Assembly (NCBI GenBank): GCA_965218425.1
Contig: OZ244621.1
Location: forward strand, 2,688,001 to 2,752,000
Direction of reading: 5' to 3'
Length of the DNA: 64,000 nt
Source of the DNA: an uncultured Candidatus Binatia bacterium
GTDB taxonomy: Bacteria; Desulfobacterota; Binatia; UBA9968; CAXXLF01
The notes under the pieces were generated by a model. It was not told where the DNA came from, did not search any database, and saw only the letters and a program-made list of their open reading frames with translations. The position numbers were made by a program, and so were the translations under genes. Below are positions 29,880 through 38,765 of this stretch, one piece after another (position 1 is the first letter of the stretch; every line of letters starts with the position of its first letter).

Positions 29880-30758
29880 TTATCCCCTTGCGATCTTAAG
29901 AAAAGATGCCACGGCTTTAGCCAACCCTTGCGGGTTGTCACGATGGACCATGTGACCGGCACTTGCAATTTCAACCATGGATGAATGGGGAATTGCTTCG
30001 AAACGCTCATCCAGGTCCTTTCGATGCACCTGCCGACTCTCCTTGCCTCGGACCAGGAGTACCGGGCACTGGATGCGGCGCAGAAATTCCAGGGCCTGTC
30101 CCGCATAAAGCGGTTGGGGTGAGACGGTGCGGTGCAGGGGATCAAACTTCCATACGCGCTTTCCATTTTTTGTTTGCTGCGATCCGTGACGGGCAACGTG
30201 CAACGCCACCTTTAATTTCAACCTGGGATCTCTCCGTTGCAACCGCCTCGCCATTTGTTCCACCGACGCATACTCCACGGGTCTTTTCTGTTCTAGCGCG
30301 TTTACCTCCGTGACCCATTCCCCCATGCGCTCAGGCGCGTGTGCAAAGGAGAAGCCGGCGGGGCCAACCCCTTCCACCAGGATGAGTTTCTTGACCTGGG
30401 TGGGAAAGGTCCCGGAATAGATAAATGAGATGGTTCCTCCCATGGAATGGCCCATCAAGATCACGGATGAAACCTTTAAACTACGAATGAGAGAGTCCAC
30501 GTCCAGGACGTAGTCTGGAAAGTGATAGTAGCCCCCCGTACCCACCCAGCCGCTGTCGCCATGCCCTCGGCAGTCCGGCGCGACAATCCATAGCGGCTTT
30601 TTGGCTTTCTTCTCTATGGCGGTGACGAAAGGATCCCAGCTTCGAGCGTGATCCAGAAAGCCGTGGATCAGTATGAGGGGTGTTCCATTGGGGCTGCCCC
30701 ACTCGACGTAGTGGATCTTGAGTCCGCGGGCCTCGATGGTGTGGTCCTTGAGGCTCAT
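29880..30758 (-). CDS. Alpha/beta hydrolase
   Basis: HGFLD, GHSMGG, AGHMVH. Confidence 0.9.
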   Translation of the reverse strand: MSLKDHTIEARGLKIHYVEWGSPNGTPLILIHGFLDHARSWDPFVTAIEKKAKKPLWIVAPDCRGHGDSGWVGTGGYYHFPDYVLDVDSLIRSLKVSSVILMGHSMGGTISFIYSGTFPTQVKKLILVEGVGPAGFSFAHAPERMGEWVTEVNALEQKRPVEYASVEQMARRLQRRDPRLKLKVALHVARHGSQQTKNGKRVWKFDPLHRTVSPQPLYAGQALEFLRRIQCPVLLVRGKESRQVHRKDLDERFEAIPHSSMVEIASAGHMVHRDNPQGLAKAVASFLKIARG

Positions 30759-31258
30759 GGAGATGGGATTTTACTCAAAGGGATTTCAATGAAATCTTTT
30801 TCCTGCGGCTTCCAGGCGTAGGCGCAAATCTCTTTTACCACGTGATCGTAAATTGAGATGACGATCTGGGCGCTTTGGGGGTAGGTGGGTTCTCCGAAGG
30901 GGCTGGCAAACCCTTTGTCCTCGTCAGAGAAGTATGCCTTGTGGTTCGGGTGAGAGTGATAAAAGGCCTTGAGAGTTGCCCCTTCCCGTTCCGCCTGCTG
31001 GGTGAGCATATCGAGTTCCTTGAAATCCATTGCATAGGCGATGGTGGCGTCCCGTGGATAGGTCTGCGGGTCCAGGGCGTGGAGTTTGTTTTGAATGTTC
31101 GTGCAGCGATGCACTGCATCCCCTTGACCCCTGGAGAGGATCATCCCACAGCACTCTTCGGGGAAAGTGTCCCTCGCGTGACGTGAGATTTCCTCCCACG
31201 CGTTGTCTGTTAAGGTTAACTGGCTGGGCTCATTCATGGTGCCTGGGGGGGGGAGCAA
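30755..31258 (-). CDS. JAB/MPN (Mov34) metallopeptidase, Mec-like
   Basis: PEECCG and YHSHPNHKAYFSDED (E...HxH...S..D). Start uncertain (31258 or 31237). Confidence 0.88.
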   Translation of the reverse strand: MLPPPGTMNEPSQLTLTDNAWEEISRHARDTFPEECCGMILSRGQGDAVHRCTNIQNKLHALDPQTYPRDATIAYAMDFKELDMLTQQAEREGATLKAFYHSHPNHKAYFSDEDKGFASPFGEPTYPQSAQIVISIYDHVVKEICAYAWKPQEKDFIEIPLSKIPSP

Positions 31259-31262
31259 CTGA

Positions 31263-32477
31263 CTAATCGATTACGCCTTGGTCCACCAGCTCGGCGTATT
31301 CCTCGGTGGAGAGTCCCAAGAGCTCTTTGTAGAAGTACTCGTTGTGTTCGCCCAATAGAGGGTCGCATTTTTCGGGTCCTGCTGGGCTTTTTGAAAGAAT
31401 AAACGGGGGACGCTGATACTGCATCACTCCGATCTCCTTGTGCTTAAGCGGGACCCATTGGCCGCGATGGGATAGCTGTGGATCGGTGTAAATATCCTTC
31501 ATGGTGTTGACAATCCCCGCTCGAATACCCGCGGATTGAAGCTTCTCCACGATCTCTTTAGGGGCCCGTGTTTTCGTCCATTCTCCAATCTTGAGTTCCA
31601 ACTGGTCCTCGTTCGCTTTTCTTCCCTCACGGGTACTCAGATCTTTTGCCTTGGCCCAGGCGGGATTTCCCATCACCTTACACAGGGATTTCCATTCTTC
31701 ATCCGTGGACACGCTGATGACGCACCAACGATCCTCACCTTTGCAGGGAAACGCCCCATGGGGAACCATGTACGGGTCACGGTTGCTATCGCGGGTGGCT
31801 ACTCTGTCGTTCACCTTGTAATCGAGGAGGATCGGAGCAAGGTACTGAAGACCGGTTTCATACTGGGCCAGATCGATGTGCTGTCCCGTGCCGGTTCTGT
31901 TGCGGTGGTCCAGGGCCGCAAGGATTGCCACTGCGCCGTAGCCCACGGCGATGTAATCGATATAGGGCCCGTAGAGGATTTGGGGAGAGCCGTCAGGATA
32001 ACCCGTCAGGTTGGTAAACCCGGCCAGAGAGGAAAGCTGGGAGCCAAATCCCGGGTGCCTGGCGTGGGGACCCGTCTGTCCCAGATTGGAGCTGCTCAAC
32101 ATTATCAGTTCCGGTTTGATTTCCTTAAGAGTTTCGTAGTCCAGATCGAGGCGCTTCATGGTTCCCGGACTGAAGTTCTCGATGACCACATCGGACCAGG
32201 CGACGATCCTCTTTGCCATTTCCGTGGCCCGGGGTGTTTTCTTGAGGTTCAGGGTGATGCCCAGCTTGTTGCTGTTGGCCAGGGCGAAGAGACCCGAGCG
32301 GTTCAGGCCGTGAATGTTGTCTTTGTAGGGTGGGTAGTGGGTTCGGAAACCGTCGGGACGCGCCTTCGACTCCACATGGACAACGGTGGCGCCAAAATCC
32401 ACCAGATGCTTCCCCACCACGGGGCCTGCCGCAAAGGCGGCGAACTCGACGATTTTGACTCCCCGTAACGTTTCCAT
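31263..32477 (-). CDS. Family III CoA-transferase (CaiB/BaiF) subunit
   Basis: LRGVKIVEF, ENFSPG, GPYIDY (putative catalytic Asp), PLLGEHN. Confidence 0.9.
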   Translation of the reverse strand: METLRGVKIVEFAAFAAGPVVGKHLVDFGATVVHVESKARPDGFRTHYPPYKDNIHGLNRSGLFALANSNKLGITLNLKKTPRATEMAKRIVAWSDVVIENFSPGTMKRLDLDYETLKEIKPELIMLSSSNLGQTGPHARHPGFGSQLSSLAGFTNLTGYPDGSPQILYGPYIDYIAVGYGAVAILAALDHRNRTGTGQHIDLAQYETGLQYLAPILLDYKVNDRVATRDSNRDPYMVPHGAFPCKGEDRWCVISVSTDEEWKSLCKVMGNPAWAKAKDLSTREGRKANEDQLELKIGEWTKTRAPKEIVEKLQSAGIRAGIVNTMKDIYTDPQLSHRGQWVPLKHKEIGVMQYQRPPFILSKSPAGPEKCDPLLGEHNEYFYKELLGLSTEEYAELVDQGVID

Positions 32478-32489
32478 TGGTCTCTTACC

Positions 32490-32735
32490 GACTGAATGTT
32501 AAACAGAACCTCTTCAACAAAGATTTTCCCGCCAAAACTCCGCCTGATTAAGATCCGAAATCCTAAGCTCGAAATCTCAAACAAACCGAATCACTCAAAT
32601 CAAAATATAAAATCTAAAACAAGATTTTTGGTCAATTTCTGATTTATTTATGCTTAGCGCCCTTTGCGCCTTCGTGCGAGTCATCTTTTCCCCAATTCGT
32701 TATCCAGAACTCTTCCGAAAATATCAAATATCCTT
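32490..32735. repeat. Nested palindromic intergenic repeat (inverted homologue of 5260-5545)
   Basis: CGAAATCCTAAGCTCGAAATCTCAAACAAACC and CTTTGCGCCTT...GAGTCATCTTTT blocks match the reverse complement of 5300-5530. Confidence 0.75.
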
Positions 32736-32743
32736 GCCTTGGC

Positions 32744-34003
32744 CTAGAGAATACCTTGCTCTTTGAGCTGGTCCATCTCCGCCGATTTGATGCCCAATTC
32801 CTTCACGTAAACCTCTTCGTTGTGCTCGCCGATGAGGGGCGCGCGACGCCGCAGAGTGCGCTGGCCGGAAGAGAATTTTGAAAAGGCGCCCGGGTAAAGC
32901 AGGGAGGTTCCCAATTCCGGATGGTCAAGGTTCTCCCAGAACTTCCTGGCTTCCAATTGAGGGTCCGCTAGAATTTCTCTTGCCGTTGACACCGGGTAAC
33001 CGAGCATGCCGCGGCTGATCACGGCATCAAGAAACTCCTTTTTAGTGACCCCAAGGAAAAAGCGGCCTATGGGTTCTTCCATTTGATCGATTTCTTCCTG
33101 CGTCACCTCAGCTATGTTGAAGACCTTCCAGTCCTTGTTCTTTAAAATATCCGGGGCTACGCCCTTGGTGTCCATCCACTCCACCAGGGCCTGGTTCGTT
33201 TTTCTTCCCGCCTCGCCGCCATAGATGATGAAGTTGAGATGGCCGTCCTTACAGGGCCAGAACACGCGCATCTTAGCGCCCGTGATGCTGCGGCCTGTCA
33301 TAAATGAGCCGGCCCTCTTTTCCAGGTGCCGGTTCAGGTCCCAGAAGGTGTGGGCGTGGGAGAATGCCCAGAGCAGGCAGGCCTGTGCTGATACGTCCAC
33401 GTGCTGGCCTTCTCCGGTGCGCTGGCGCTGGAGATGAGCCGCCATGGTTCCCATGGCGGCGTAGGAGCCGGTCCAATGGTAGGATTGCGGAAAGGTGACT
33501 CGCAGGGGGGCCCGGGTGGGATCCCCCGTAAGCGACATGCAACCGCTCATGGCCATGATCTCGATATCCGAAGCGTTAAACCCGCTGTAGGGGCCGGTCT
33601 GGCCGAAGGGAGTGATAGACGTGAGGATGACACGGGGGTTCAACCGGCTTAGGGCGGTGTAGCCCAGTTGGATCCCATCGAGATATCCCGGGGTGAAGGA
33701 CTCAATGATAAAGTCTGACTTTGCCGCTAATTGGGAAAAGAGGTTCCGGCCGCGGCTCGTTTCCAGGTTTAGGGTAACGCCCCGCTTGTTGTTGTTAAAG
33801 GCAAACCAGTAGAGGCTCTTCTCCGGGTGAACTTGATTATGAAAAAAAGGACCGATATTTCTTGACGGGTCTCCTCCGGGTCTCTCGATCTTGATCACGT
33901 CCGCACCCAGATCCCCCAGGATCTTGCCGCAAAGAAAACCCAACTCGTCGGTCAGATCCAGAACCCGAAAAGGCGAGAGAAGAGCATTTTCACTGAGAGC
34001 CAT
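32744..34003 (-). CDS. Family III CoA-transferase (CaiB/BaiF) subunit
   Basis: RVLDLTDE, LGADVIKIE, NNNKRGVTLN, PLIGEHNEEV. Confidence 0.9.
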   Translation of the reverse strand: MALSENALLSPFRVLDLTDELGFLCGKILGDLGADVIKIERPGGDPSRNIGPFFHNQVHPEKSLYWFAFNNNKRGVTLNLETSRGRNLFSQLAAKSDFIIESFTPGYLDGIQLGYTALSRLNPRVILTSITPFGQTGPYSGFNASDIEIMAMSGCMSLTGDPTRAPLRVTFPQSYHWTGSYAAMGTMAAHLQRQRTGEGQHVDVSAQACLLWAFSHAHTFWDLNRHLEKRAGSFMTGRSITGAKMRVFWPCKDGHLNFIIYGGEAGRKTNQALVEWMDTKGVAPDILKNKDWKVFNIAEVTQEEIDQMEEPIGRFFLGVTKKEFLDAVISRGMLGYPVSTAREILADPQLEARKFWENLDHPELGTSLLYPGAFSKFSSGQRTLRRRAPLIGEHNEEVYVKELGIKSAEMDQLKEQGIL

Positions 34004-34014
34004 TTTCTTTGATT

Positions 34015-34044
34015 AAAAAAGGGCAGGGAGTTGACACCCTGCCC
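34015..34044 (-). terminator. Intrinsic terminator-like hairpin just upstream of the caiB pair
   Basis: Minus strand reads GGGCAGGG-TGTCAACT-CCCTGCCC-TTTTTT, ending ~11 nt before ATG 34003. Confidence 0.7.
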
Positions 34045-34134
34045 GGTTATATGAAGAACCCATTTATCGGGAAAGCCGATTGACCAAAAAGGGCAGAACC
34101 GAAGCGAAAAACCTCAACTTTTCCTCGCCCATTT

Positions 34135-34163
34135 CAAGTAGCAGGCACTAGTATAAATGTCAA
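34135..34163 (-). promoter_or_regulatory. Putative sigma70 promoter
   Basis: Minus strand TTGACA-17 nt-TACTTG, with a TG extended -10. Confidence 0.45.
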
Positions 34164-34289
34164 GCAAGTATGGAGGCCTTTGGGGGGTCGGAACGGGTTG
34201 AAATCTCGGCAAATCTAGACTAGGTATTATGAACCCTGCTTGGGTTCAGCGATATCATCTAAATTCAAATTATTCAATTGGGGGAAGTT

Positions 34290-35864
34290 ATGAGTAAGGC
34301 AATGAAAGAGGCCAATACAGGTGCTAAAGTGGTGACGGATCTGCGTGGAATGCTGGACTGGTTGAGGTCTGAGGGTGATCTGATCGAGACCGACAAGGAA
34401 GTAGATCCCAGTCTGGAGATCACTGCATTGCAAAAGCAGATGGACGGAGGCTGTCCTATCCTATTCAACAACGTGAAGGGCAAACCGAACCATCGCGTGG
34501 TCACCAATCTATTTGGCGATATGGATGTCATCAATAAGCTGTTCGGTTGGAAGGATCATCAGGATCGTACCAAAAAGCTGGCCTACGCGATAACCCACGG
34601 GATTCCCCCCGTGGTGGTGGATCATAAAGACGCCCCTTCTCAGGAGGAGGTCGTTGAAAAACCGAAGGAAGTCAACGAATACATGGTTCCCATTCGCCAT
34701 ACCGAGTACGAACCCGAACTCACGGTGGGTTCCGGCAACAGGCTGATATCCGGCGAGCATTTTGGCGGCGGAACGGACCTGGGTTATAACCGCATGAATT
34801 TTCGCTGGGGAAACATTGGGACCTTCCAGATTTCACCGGGTTCCCACATGTGGCAGGTGGTATCGAAGTATTATCGGGACGACAAGCCTGTGCCCATCAC
34901 CATGTGTTTCGGTGTGCCCCCTTCCTGTACACTCCTTGCGGGGGCGGGGTTTGACTATGTGGTGCTTCCTCACGGATGCGACGAGATCGCAATAGCCGGC
35001 GCGGCCCAGGGTTCTCCCGTTCGATTGGTGAAGGCCCGTACGGTGGACGCCATGGCCCTGGCCGATTGCGAAGTGGTGCTGGAAGGTTATGTCAATCCCC
35101 GCGACCGGCGCTACGAGACGGAAGAGTCGGAGAAGGCCGGGGTTCAGGGCCGTTTCCATTTCCATCCAGAGTGGGCGGGCTATATGGGTAAGGCCTATAA
35201 GGCGCCCACCTTCCACGTAACCGCCGTGACAACCCGCAAGCGGGAATCCAAGCCCATCATTTTCGCCCTCGGCGTGCACACCCTCGACGATCACAACATC
35301 GACACCACGGTGCGCGAAGGGGCCATGTACGAACTATTGGATCGTATACAGCCCGGGATTATCCAGGACGTAAACATCCCTTACTGCATGACGGACTGGG
35401 GCGGGGCCATTATCCAGGTGAAGAAGCGCAACCAGATTGAGGAGGGTTGGCAACGCAACTTCATGTCCGCTATCCTTTCCACCTCACAGGGATCGCGGAT
35501 TTGCATCGCGGTGAGTGAGGACTGCGACCCGTACGATATGGATGACGTCATGTGGTGTCTCACCACCCGTGTCAATCCCCACACGGATATCCTCAATCCG
35601 ATCCCCGGCGGCCGTGGCCAGACCTTCATGCCGGCAGAGCGTATGACCGCAGGTGGCAGGGAGTGGACCGCATCCAACACCCGATTTGAGGGTGGAATGG
35701 GCATCGATGCCACGGTCCCTTTCGGTTACGAAAACGACTTTCTCCGCCCCGTTTACGCGGTGGGCAAAGTTAACGCGAAAAACTTCTTCTCGGATAAAGA
35801 CATCCAGAACGCCAAGTCACGCATGAAGGGCTGGGTTCATTCGCTGGCGCGTACGGGCAGATAA
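34290..35864 (+). CDS. UbiD-family decarboxylase, phthaloyl-CoA decarboxylase-like
   Basis: GYNRMNFRWGNIGTFQISPGSHMWQV, QGRFHFHPEWAGYMGKAYKAPTFHVTA and the C-terminus WVHSLARTGR match my recollection of the phthaloyl-CoA decarboxylase clade. Needs alignment to confirm. Confidence 0.8.
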   Translation: MSKAMKEANTGAKVVTDLRGMLDWLRSEGDLIETDKEVDPSLEITALQKQMDGGCPILFNNVKGKPNHRVVTNLFGDMDVINKLFGWKDHQDRTKKLAYAITHGIPPVVVDHKDAPSQEEVVEKPKEVNEYMVPIRHTEYEPELTVGSGNRLISGEHFGGGTDLGYNRMNFRWGNIGTFQISPGSHMWQVVSKYYRDDKPVPITMCFGVPPSCTLLAGAGFDYVVLPHGCDEIAIAGAAQGSPVRLVKARTVDAMALADCEVVLEGYVNPRDRRYETEESEKAGVQGRFHFHPEWAGYMGKAYKAPTFHVTAVTTRKRESKPIIFALGVHTLDDHNIDTTVREGAMYELLDRIQPGIIQDVNIPYCMTDWGGAIIQVKKRNQIEEGWQRNFMSAILSTSQGSRICIAVSEDCDPYDMDDVMWCLTTRVNPHTDILNPIPGGRGQTFMPAERMTAGGREWTASNTRFEGGMGIDATVPFGYENDFLRPVYAVGKVNAKNFFSDKDIQNAKSRMKGWVHSLARTGR

Positions 35865-35883
35865 CCGCGTACTCACGCACTTG

Positions 35884-35918
35884 AAAAAGGGACGGCCCGT
35901 AAAGGCCGTCCCTTTTTT
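35884..35918 (+). terminator. Rho-independent (bidirectional) terminator
   Basis: AAAAAGGGACGGCC-CGTAAA-GGCCGTCCCTTTTTT after the UbiD stop. Confidence 0.9.
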
Positions 35919-35939
35919 CATACCTCTTTCTCTAAAAAC

Positions 35940-36190
35940 CTAACCGCCGATTTTCGCTGATTCTCGCAGATGAAAAACGGCAAAGAGCAAAGCGTCCATT
36001 CTTAAACCATGAGCTGTCAGCCGTCGGCTTTCAGCTCCGGACTCATTACTGCAAACCGTCTTTCTGCTCCTTTTCTCGGGCTGAGAACTGATAGTTGACT
36101 GCTGATAGCTAAATTCACTCAGTCCTCAGTACTCGTTACTCAGCACTGAGTCCACTTTGCGCCTTTGCGGGAATCATCCTCTATTCGATA
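35940..36190. repeat. Cluster of degenerate heptamer/palindromic repeats
   Basis: AGCTGTCAGC...GCTGATAGCT arms, CTCAGTC/CTCAGTA/CTCAGCA units, and the CTTTGCGCCTTTGCG motif also seen at ~5318, ~32662 and ~51706. Confidence 0.6.
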
Positions 36191-36197
36191 TCTTTAG

Positions 36198-36647
36198 TTA
36201 GAACTCTTTGAAGTTCGAAACCCTCCACGCGTCGTTTTCCATTCTTGCGGTGATAATCCAACGGCGGGTAAACTCAGGGGCATCCTCCACATTGATGGTT
36301 CCTTTGTAAATGAATGAGGCTCGCTGCTTGCCTATTTTTTCTTCCAGGAGTTTATAGTAGATCTTGGGCTTACGGGTGGAAGCGTCGATGACTTGCCCCG
36401 CGGTCAAGCGGATTTCTTCGTTAATCTTGTGGAGGGCAAGACCCACGCAAAATTCTTTCGCTTTTTTTAGATTGATATGGACGTAGTGTTGGTCGATAAA
36501 TTCCTCCGCCACACCTCTTGCCGTTTGAAGGTCTCTACCGCAGCCTGAAAAAACCAGAACAAAGATAATCAGAACATGGACGGCTCCCGCGCCCACTCTG
36601 CCGCTTAGATTGGCTACGTGGCCGTTGATTAAAAAAGTTGAGTACAT
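36198..36647 (-). CDS. Hypothetical lipoprotein
   Basis: Hydrophobic stretch and lipobox FSGC; the true start is probably downstream of the ORF-track start. Confidence 0.6.
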   Translation of the reverse strand: MYSTFLINGHVANLSGRVGAGAVHVLIIFVLVFSGCGRDLQTARGVAEEFIDQHYVHINLKKAKEFCVGLALHKINEEIRLTAGQVIDASTRKPKIYYKLLEEKIGKQRASFIYKGTINVEDAPEFTRRWIITARMENDAWRVSNFKEF

Positions 36648-36720
36648 ATGGCCTACTTTAACGTTGACGGTAGTGCTTCAAGCCGCTATTTGGTTGTCAA
36701 GACCGAGGGTGCGTATCCCT

Positions 36721-37200
36721 ATGGCAAATTTACTCGAAATGGCACCATTGAATTGGTTTCAACACTCCCCGACACGCACATTTGCACTTGTTCCTGCAGC
36801 GGTGTTGGCCTGGGAGTTATTCATAGATAAAGGGAGACTTCATGTCCAGCCTCTTTTTCTAATCCTCATGGTCTGGGGTTACGTCCAGTTCCGTTGGTGC
36901 GGCCGATTCAGAGGAGGGCGAGGCGGTGGAGGCCCTGGATTGCAAAGGCCGCCGGATCAATTGGTCACCACCGGCATTTATGCCTATACGCGTAACCCCA
37001 TGTACCTTGGACACAATATTTTTCTCGTCGGTTTAGCACTATCGTTGCAATCCTGGCTGGGGGCAATCATTGCCGTGGCCAACGCCATTTGGTTCCATAC
37101 CCGGGTCCTGGGTGACGAGAAACAACTCGAGGAACAATTTGGTCAGTCCTACATTGATTATAGGGATCGTGTGAAGAGGTGGATCCCGGGGCTCTTCTAA
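36721..37200 (+). CDS. ICMT/PEMT-family membrane methyltransferase
   Basis: LVTTGIYAYTRNPMYLG, DEKQLEEQFGQSY, VKRWIP. Confidence 0.8.
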   Translation: MANLLEMAPLNWFQHSPTRTFALVPAAVLAWELFIDKGRLHVQPLFLILMVWGYVQFRWCGRFRGGRGGGGPGLQRPPDQLVTTGIYAYTRNPMYLGHNIFLVGLALSLQSWLGAIIAVANAIWFHTRVLGDEKQLEEQFGQSYIDYRDRVKRWIPGLF

Positions 37201-37482
37201 CAAAGATTATCGGCATAAGGTCGCAGATGCCATGGTGAGGCACCTGACACGCACCTATATCAAAGCCGAACATTTTCAGCAGCAGCTCACCCAGATCGCC
37301 GAGCGTCTGGTCCGAATCAAAACATCAAAAGCCTGACCCCATCCCCTCTTACACTCAGTTAACGTAAAAGGTCCTTTCTTTCCAAGGGATGGGTGTTCAG
37401 AGACTCACAAGTCGATCAGCGCAATGGAATTATGGAGGCGTGTCAGTTGGTATCGACGGTTGGGTTGACTGAGTCGTAAGAC

Positions 37483-38244
37483 CTAGTGCATGATTCCTCC
37501 GCCTTCCACCACGAGCAGTTGGCCTGTCATGAAGTCACTATCGGAACTGGCCAGGAAGAGGGCCGTGCCGGTGATGTCTTCGGGCAGCTCTATTCGGCTG
37601 AACGCCCGGCCGCGGACGCTGGACTCGCGGCGCTGACGCACGTCGTCGGTGACCACTTCCTCGCTCATGGTTGAGCCCGGGGTCATGCAGTTTACGTTAA
37701 TGCCCCAGGGTCCTAATTGACGCGCCATTACGCGGGTGAGGGCGACTATCCCGCCCTTTGCGGCGGTATAGTGGGGCATATTGCCCGAGCCGCTGAAAAA
37801 GGTACCCGAGGCGATGTTGATGATTTTCCCGCCTTTCTGGTCTTTCATGACGGGAATGACGGCTCGGCAGCAGAGGAAGACGCCTTTGAGGTTGACCTCC
37901 ATGACCCGATCCCACTCCTCCAGAGGGAGTTCCTCTAGGGGGCCCTTCCACAGAGTCTGGGTTACATAGATGGCCGCATTGTTGAGGAGGACATCGATTC
38001 GCCCGAAGCGTTCTAAGGTCTCGCGCACCAAGCCTTCTACGCTTTTAGTGTCCCTGACATCGGTGGTCCTTGCCCAGGCTGAAGACCCGGATTCATGCAA
38101 TGCCGTGGCCACCGATTCACCCGCCCGTTCATCGATGTCGGCGATGACCACCCGGGCGCCTTCCGCGGCGAACCTTTGAGCATAGGCCTTACCGATACCA
38201 TGGCCCGCTCCAGTAATTATAGTCACCTTGTTCTGTAACCTCAT
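37483..38244 (-). CDS. Short-chain dehydrogenase/reductase
   Basis: TGAGHGIG, NNAA, YTAAK. Confidence 0.92.
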   Translation of the reverse strand: MRLQNKVTIITGAGHGIGKAYAQRFAAEGARVVIADIDERAGESVATALHESGSSAWARTTDVRDTKSVEGLVRETLERFGRIDVLLNNAAIYVTQTLWKGPLEELPLEEWDRVMEVNLKGVFLCCRAVIPVMKDQKGGKIINIASGTFFSGSGNMPHYTAAKGGIVALTRVMARQLGPWGINVNCMTPGSTMSEEVVTDDVRQRRESSVRGRAFSRIELPEDITGTALFLASSDSDFMTGQLLVVEGGGIMH

Positions 38245-38267
38245 GGCCGGTCCTCCAGCGACAGGGC

Positions 38268-38765
38268 TCACTCTGTTGCGAAAGGGTCCTTGTCTTTGGA
38301 TTGAATGAGGCGAAACAGGGTTAACATAACCCCCACCGTGATAAAGCTATCGGCAGCGTTAAAGGCAGGCCAATGGTACCTAGACCAGTAAACGTCGAGA
38401 AAGTCGATCACCTCCCCGTAGAGGAGACGGTCGATCAAATTTCCCATGGCGCCGCCTAGGATAAAAGATAAGGCTACCGTTAGGGTCTTTTCGCCCGCGG
38501 GCAGCCGTCTAAGGAGCACGACAATAAATCCCATGGCCAAGAGAGAAAAGAAAATGAGGAAGGAGGAGCGAACCCATCCTCTCTTCCCTGCGAGGATGCC
38601 GAAGGCGGCTCCCGTGTTTCTTATGTGGGTCAGGTTGAACAGGTTTTCGATGACGGGAATGGAATGGTGAAGGGGGATGGTCCGGTCGACGAGGAGTTTA
38701 GTGCCTTGATCCAGGACCAGGATCAGAGTGAGGGTGATCCCTATGAGTTTGATCTTGCGACTCAA
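38268..38765 (-). CDS. lspA: Lipoprotein signal peptidase II
   Basis: DQGTK, NTGAAFG, GNLIDR, VIDF, FNAAD. TTG start overlaps the ileS stop. Confidence 0.95.
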   Translation of the reverse strand: MSRKIKLIGITLTLILVLDQGTKLLVDRTIPLHHSIPVIENLFNLTHIRNTGAAFGILAGKRGWVRSSFLIFFSLLAMGFIVVLLRRLPAGEKTLTVALSFILGGAMGNLIDRLLYGEVIDFLDVYWSRYHWPAFNAADSFITVGVMLTLFRLIQSKDKDPFATE

